DNA from: Patescibacteria group bacterium
GTDB lineage: Bacteria; Patescibacteriota; Minisyncoccia; Phycocordibacterales; 21-14-all-36-13
Direction of reading: 5' to 3'
NCBI GenBank assembly: GCA_018899555.1
Contig: JAHIHZ010000011.1
Location: 1 to 51,831 of the forward strand
Length of the DNA: 51,831 nt
Both the position numbers and the translations under genes were made by a program. The notes under the pieces are model-generated. The model was not told where the DNA came from. It ran no database searches and saw only the letters and a list, made by a program, of their open reading frames with translations. Of the stretch, positions 49,041 to 51,831 are shown piece by piece (the first letter of the stretch is position 1; every line of letters begins with the position of its first letter).

Positions 49041-49168
49041 TGACCCCCCGTGTTTAACCTTCTGGCATTGGTCAGGCGTCACCCCCTATACATCCTCTTA
49101 CGAGTTCGCAGGGAGCTGTGTTTTTGGTAAACAGTCGCCAGGGGTACTTTCGCTGCGTCCTTTCTCGC

Positions 49169-49366
49169 CTACGGCGAGAACGCTGATGTTCGCAGATGGG
49201 GCTCGCTTGCGCTCGCCTTCGCAAATGTTCGCTGATATTTAAAAATTATATCTGCGTTAATCTGCGTTTTTATCTGCGTTAACCCTGTTAAATAATTTTG
49301 CCTTCGGCAAAATTCCTGCAAGGCAGGATTTAACGGGGTGAATCTGCGGTCTTGTCGTAGACAAGA
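49169..49366 (-). repeat. copy of the 16S helix-6 module inside 23S, with a nested 58-nt ACCCTGTTAAAT-type module
   Basis: Collinear with 9926-10064 except for 1 substitution, 1 T indel and the nested insert at 49282-49339. Confidence 0.85.
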
Positions 49367-49924
49367 AGGGAAAGCCTTATTCCAAAGTTACGGCTGCTTT
49401 TTTGCCGAGTTCCTTGGGGAACACTCACTCATTCGCCTTAGTCTTCTCGACCTGATCACCTGTGTCGGTTTGCGGTACGGTTTTCATTTATTTAATCTTA
49501 GAGGTTTTTCTTGGAAGCTTGCTTTATTTGATTCCCTTTGGCGAACCTCCGGTTCTCCACTTCGCTTGAAATTAACATTAAAGTTAGGTGCCCGGATTTG
49601 CCTAAACACCTTTCTCACGAAGCAGACGCAAATCCAATAATGCGCCAAATATACTAAACTTCGTCACCCCATCGAAATAAATGAAAGTCACGGAATATTA
49701 ACCGTGTGTCCATCGGCTTCGACTTTCGTCATAACCTTAGGACCGACTAACCCTTGGATGATTCTCATTGCCAAGGAAACCTTGATCTTTCGGCGTCCCA
49801 CCTTTTTAGTGGGATTGTGGTTACTCGTGCCAACATTATCTCTTCCGTACGCTCCACCATGGGTCACCCCTTTGGCTTCACAGCAGAACGGAATGCTCTC
49901 CTACCGCTCATGCTACGCACGAGC

Positions 49925-50030
49925 AAGTCGAAAGTAAAAAGTCAAAAGTTGAAAGCAAGAACAAAAAGATGAACATAGCTTTTGACTTTATAGACTTTAT
50001 AGACTTTTAACTCGCTTGTGCGAAGCACAA
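49925..50030 (-). other. expansion at 23S helix 45 (classical IVS site)
   Basis: About 100 nt of AT-rich sequence plus the CTTGTGCGAAGCACAAG hairpin lie between ACCGAAACTGAGGG and GGTAGGAGAGCATTCC. Confidence 0.6.
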
Positions 50031-50181
50031 GCCCTCAGTTTCGGTACTACACTTAGCCCCGATTATTTATGGCGCAAAATCTCTTAACGAGTGAGCTGTT
50101 ACGCTTTCTTTAAAGGATGGCTGCTTCTAAGCCAACCTCCTCGCTGTCGGAGAAATTCCACCTCCTTATTAGCACTTAGTG

Positions 50182-50236
50182 TCTCCGATTTCCTTTAGGA
50201 AATCGAGAGTCCGCGATTCTGTAAACAGAATCGGGA
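50182..50236 (-). other. two-hairpin insertion in 23S domain II
   Basis: CGATTTCCTTTAGGAAATCG and CGATTCTGTAAACAGAATCG interrupt ...AAGGTCCCTAAATTTTC / CACTAAGTGC... Confidence 0.55.
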
Positions 50237-50321
50237 AAATTTAGGGACCTTAACTTGAGATCTGGGCTGTTTCCCTTTTGACCGACGGAGCTTAGCCCCC
50301 GTAGTCTGACTGTTTAGAATT

Positions 50322-50458
50322 CTCTCGCCTCCGGCGAGAACGCTGATGTTCGCAGATTTACCCTGTTAAATTCTGTGAAGCAGAAAATTTGCTTTAGCAA
50401 ATTTATTTAACAGGGTGAATCCGCATTTTTATAATCCGCGATCTTGTCGGAGACAAGA
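50322..50458 (-). repeat. third, partial copy of the CGGCGAGAACGCTGATGTTCGCAGAT module inside 23S
   Basis: CTCTCGCCTCCGGCGAGAACGCTGATGTTCGCAGAT, then an ACCCTGTTAAAT...TTTAACAGGGT module, then GAATCCGC...TCTTGTCGGAGACAAGA. Confidence 0.75.
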
Positions 50459-50780
50459 CGTTCTGGTATTCGGAGTTTGATTGGTCTAGTGAGATTGCTC
50501 CCTATCCAGACCATCCAGTGCTCTACCCCCAGAAGGTAATCTAAACGCTAGCCCTAAAGCTATTTCGGAGAGAACCAGCTATTACCAGGTTCGATTAGCT
50601 TTTCACTCCTACCCACAACTCATCCGATGGTTTTGCACGGCCAACCGGTTCGGGCCTCCCTCTATCTTTCGACAGAGTTCACCCTGGTCATAGGTAGCTC
50701 ACCTGGCTTCGGGTCTTACATATACTACACCTGCAATAAAGCAGAACGCGCTTTTGACACTCGGTTTCCCTTAGACTCCA

Positions 50781-50855
50781 CCCAGCCGTAGTTTTCGAAA
50801 ACTTATGAGGTAGTAATAAAAACAAATCAAAACTACTTCAAAAACTACGGCTGGG
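50781..50855 (-). other. expansion at 23S helix 25 (classical IVS site)
   Basis: CCCAGCCGTAGTTTT...AAAACTACGGCTGGG is a long hairpin in the position of helix 25. Confidence 0.6.
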
Positions 50856-50911
50856 CTTAGTCAAGCAATATATATAAACTCGTTGGCTCATTCTTCAATA
50901 GGCACACCGTC

Positions 50912-51171
50912 GCCGTTGCATCTCGCTAGGCAATATGCAACGGAAAATCACAAACCACAAGCACCAAAACACAAATTTATCCCGCCTGCCTGCAGTAGGC
51001 AGGTAGCTTCACGAAGTGAATGGTATGGGACAAAACATAATTACCAAAATTCAAAAATCAAAACTCAAAACTTTTTTATTTGAAATTTGGAAATTAGAAT
51101 TTAGAATTTATTTGTAATTTGGGATTTGTTTATTGGAATTTCCGTGCATCTCACACAGTGAGATGCAACGG
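50912..51171 (-). repeat. 260-nt composite expansion in 23S domain I/II (AC-rich arm, GC module, GU-rich arm)
   Basis: Contains AATCACAAACCACAAGCACCAAAACACAAA, the TTATCCCGCCTGCCTGCAGTAGGCAGG...GGTATGGGACAAA module (also intergenic at 32520-32577), and TTTGTAATTTGGGATTTGTTTATTGG. Confidence 0.75.
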
Positions 51172-51222
51172 CTCCGATTCCTTGTAGACATATGGTTTCA
51201 GGTCTATTTCACTCCCCTCTCC

Positions 51223-51265
<43 letters not shown>

Positions 51266-51506
51266 ATCTCTAAGAGTATTTAGCCTTACCAGTTAGTTCT
51301 GGCAGATTCTCTCAAGCCATTCGTGTCTTGAGATACTCAGGAACATCAACAAAGAAGTATATGAAATTTCGTTTAAGGGGCTATCACTCTCTAGGGCCAA
51401 GCTTTCCAGCTTGTTCAACTATTTCACATATTTATAACTTCTCTTGCATAAATGCAACATTAATGTCCTACAACACCAGCCATACCTCACTAAGTTCGGT
51501 CTGTCT

Positions 51507-51668
51507 GGAAATCACAAATCACAAGCACCAAAACACAAACAAAACACAATTACCAAAATTCAAAAACCAAAACCTTTTTGTTTGAGATTTGAAAATTAGA
51601 ATTTAGAATTTATTTGTAATTTGGAATTTGTTTATTGGAATTTCCGTGCTGAACACAGTGAGGCACGG
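51507..51668 (-). repeat. 160-nt long imperfect hairpin expansion in 23S domain I, paralogous to 50912-51171
   Basis: An AAATCACAAATCACAAGCACCAAAACACAAAC... arm faces a ...TTTGTAATTTGGAATTTGTTTATTGGAATTT arm. It closes with CCGTGCTGAACACAGTGAGGCACGG. Confidence 0.75.
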
Positions 51669-51831
51669 CCGGTTTGGGCTTCTCCCGTTTCGCTCGCCGC
51701 TACTAAGGGAATCGCGAGCTTTGCTTTTTGCCCGCTGTAAAGAAAAGACAATATTTATTTCTTTATTTCTAAAGAAAAAATAATATTAATTCCTTTACCT
51801 ATTGCCTGTTCGCTTTTTAAAAATAAAAAGC

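Overview
This is a strongly AT-rich 51.8-kb chromosomal segment, and almost all genes are on the minus strand. The gene content and style point to a Candidate Phyla Radiation (Patescibacteria/Parcubacteria-like) bacterium. That placement is an inference from the sequence only; no searches were run.

Main contents:
1. A 16S rRNA gene stretched to about 3.6 kb (6500-10135). It carries one group I intron, a 958-nt LAGLIDADG-bearing insertion next to the decoding centre, a free-standing GIY-YIG ORF in a V2 hairpin loop, and three repeat-built helix expansions. tRNA-Ile(GAU) follows it.
2. An unlinked 23S rRNA gene that fills at least 8.1 kb (43690 to the window end). Seven group I introns interrupt it at about E. 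coli positions 1917, 1931, 2262, 2500, 2584, 2593 and 2656. Three of them carry LAGLIDADG genes. There are also at least eight non-intron expansions. Two exons are only 9 nt (covering U2585 of the peptidyl-transferase centre) and 14 nt (the 3' half of helix 69).
3. A complete type IV pilus locus (18.0-31.7 kb) with comFC beside it.
4. Housekeeping genes: rsmI, an L,D-transpeptidase, gatC, gatA, ligA and dcd. A restriction-modification pair is wedged between gatC and gatA.
5. An accessory island (34.4-43.4 kb) next to tRNA-Ser(GCU). It starts with an array of tRNA 3'-end remnants. It then carries repeated cassettes in which a 25-codon ORF plus a variable gene (HTH-GHKL ATPase-STAS-like, or Fic) sit in front of a membrane-anchored thermonuclease gene. 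It also holds a chimeric pseudogene and an AAA ATPase.
6. Families of short hairpin or low-complexity modules make up nearly all intergenic DNA. They recur inside rRNA helices, intron peripheral loops and tRNA remnants, and in frame inside rsmI, gatC and ligA.

All coordinates were derived by eye. rRNA and intron boundaries rest on alignment to remembered conserved rRNA sequence and should be treated as accurate to within a few nt.
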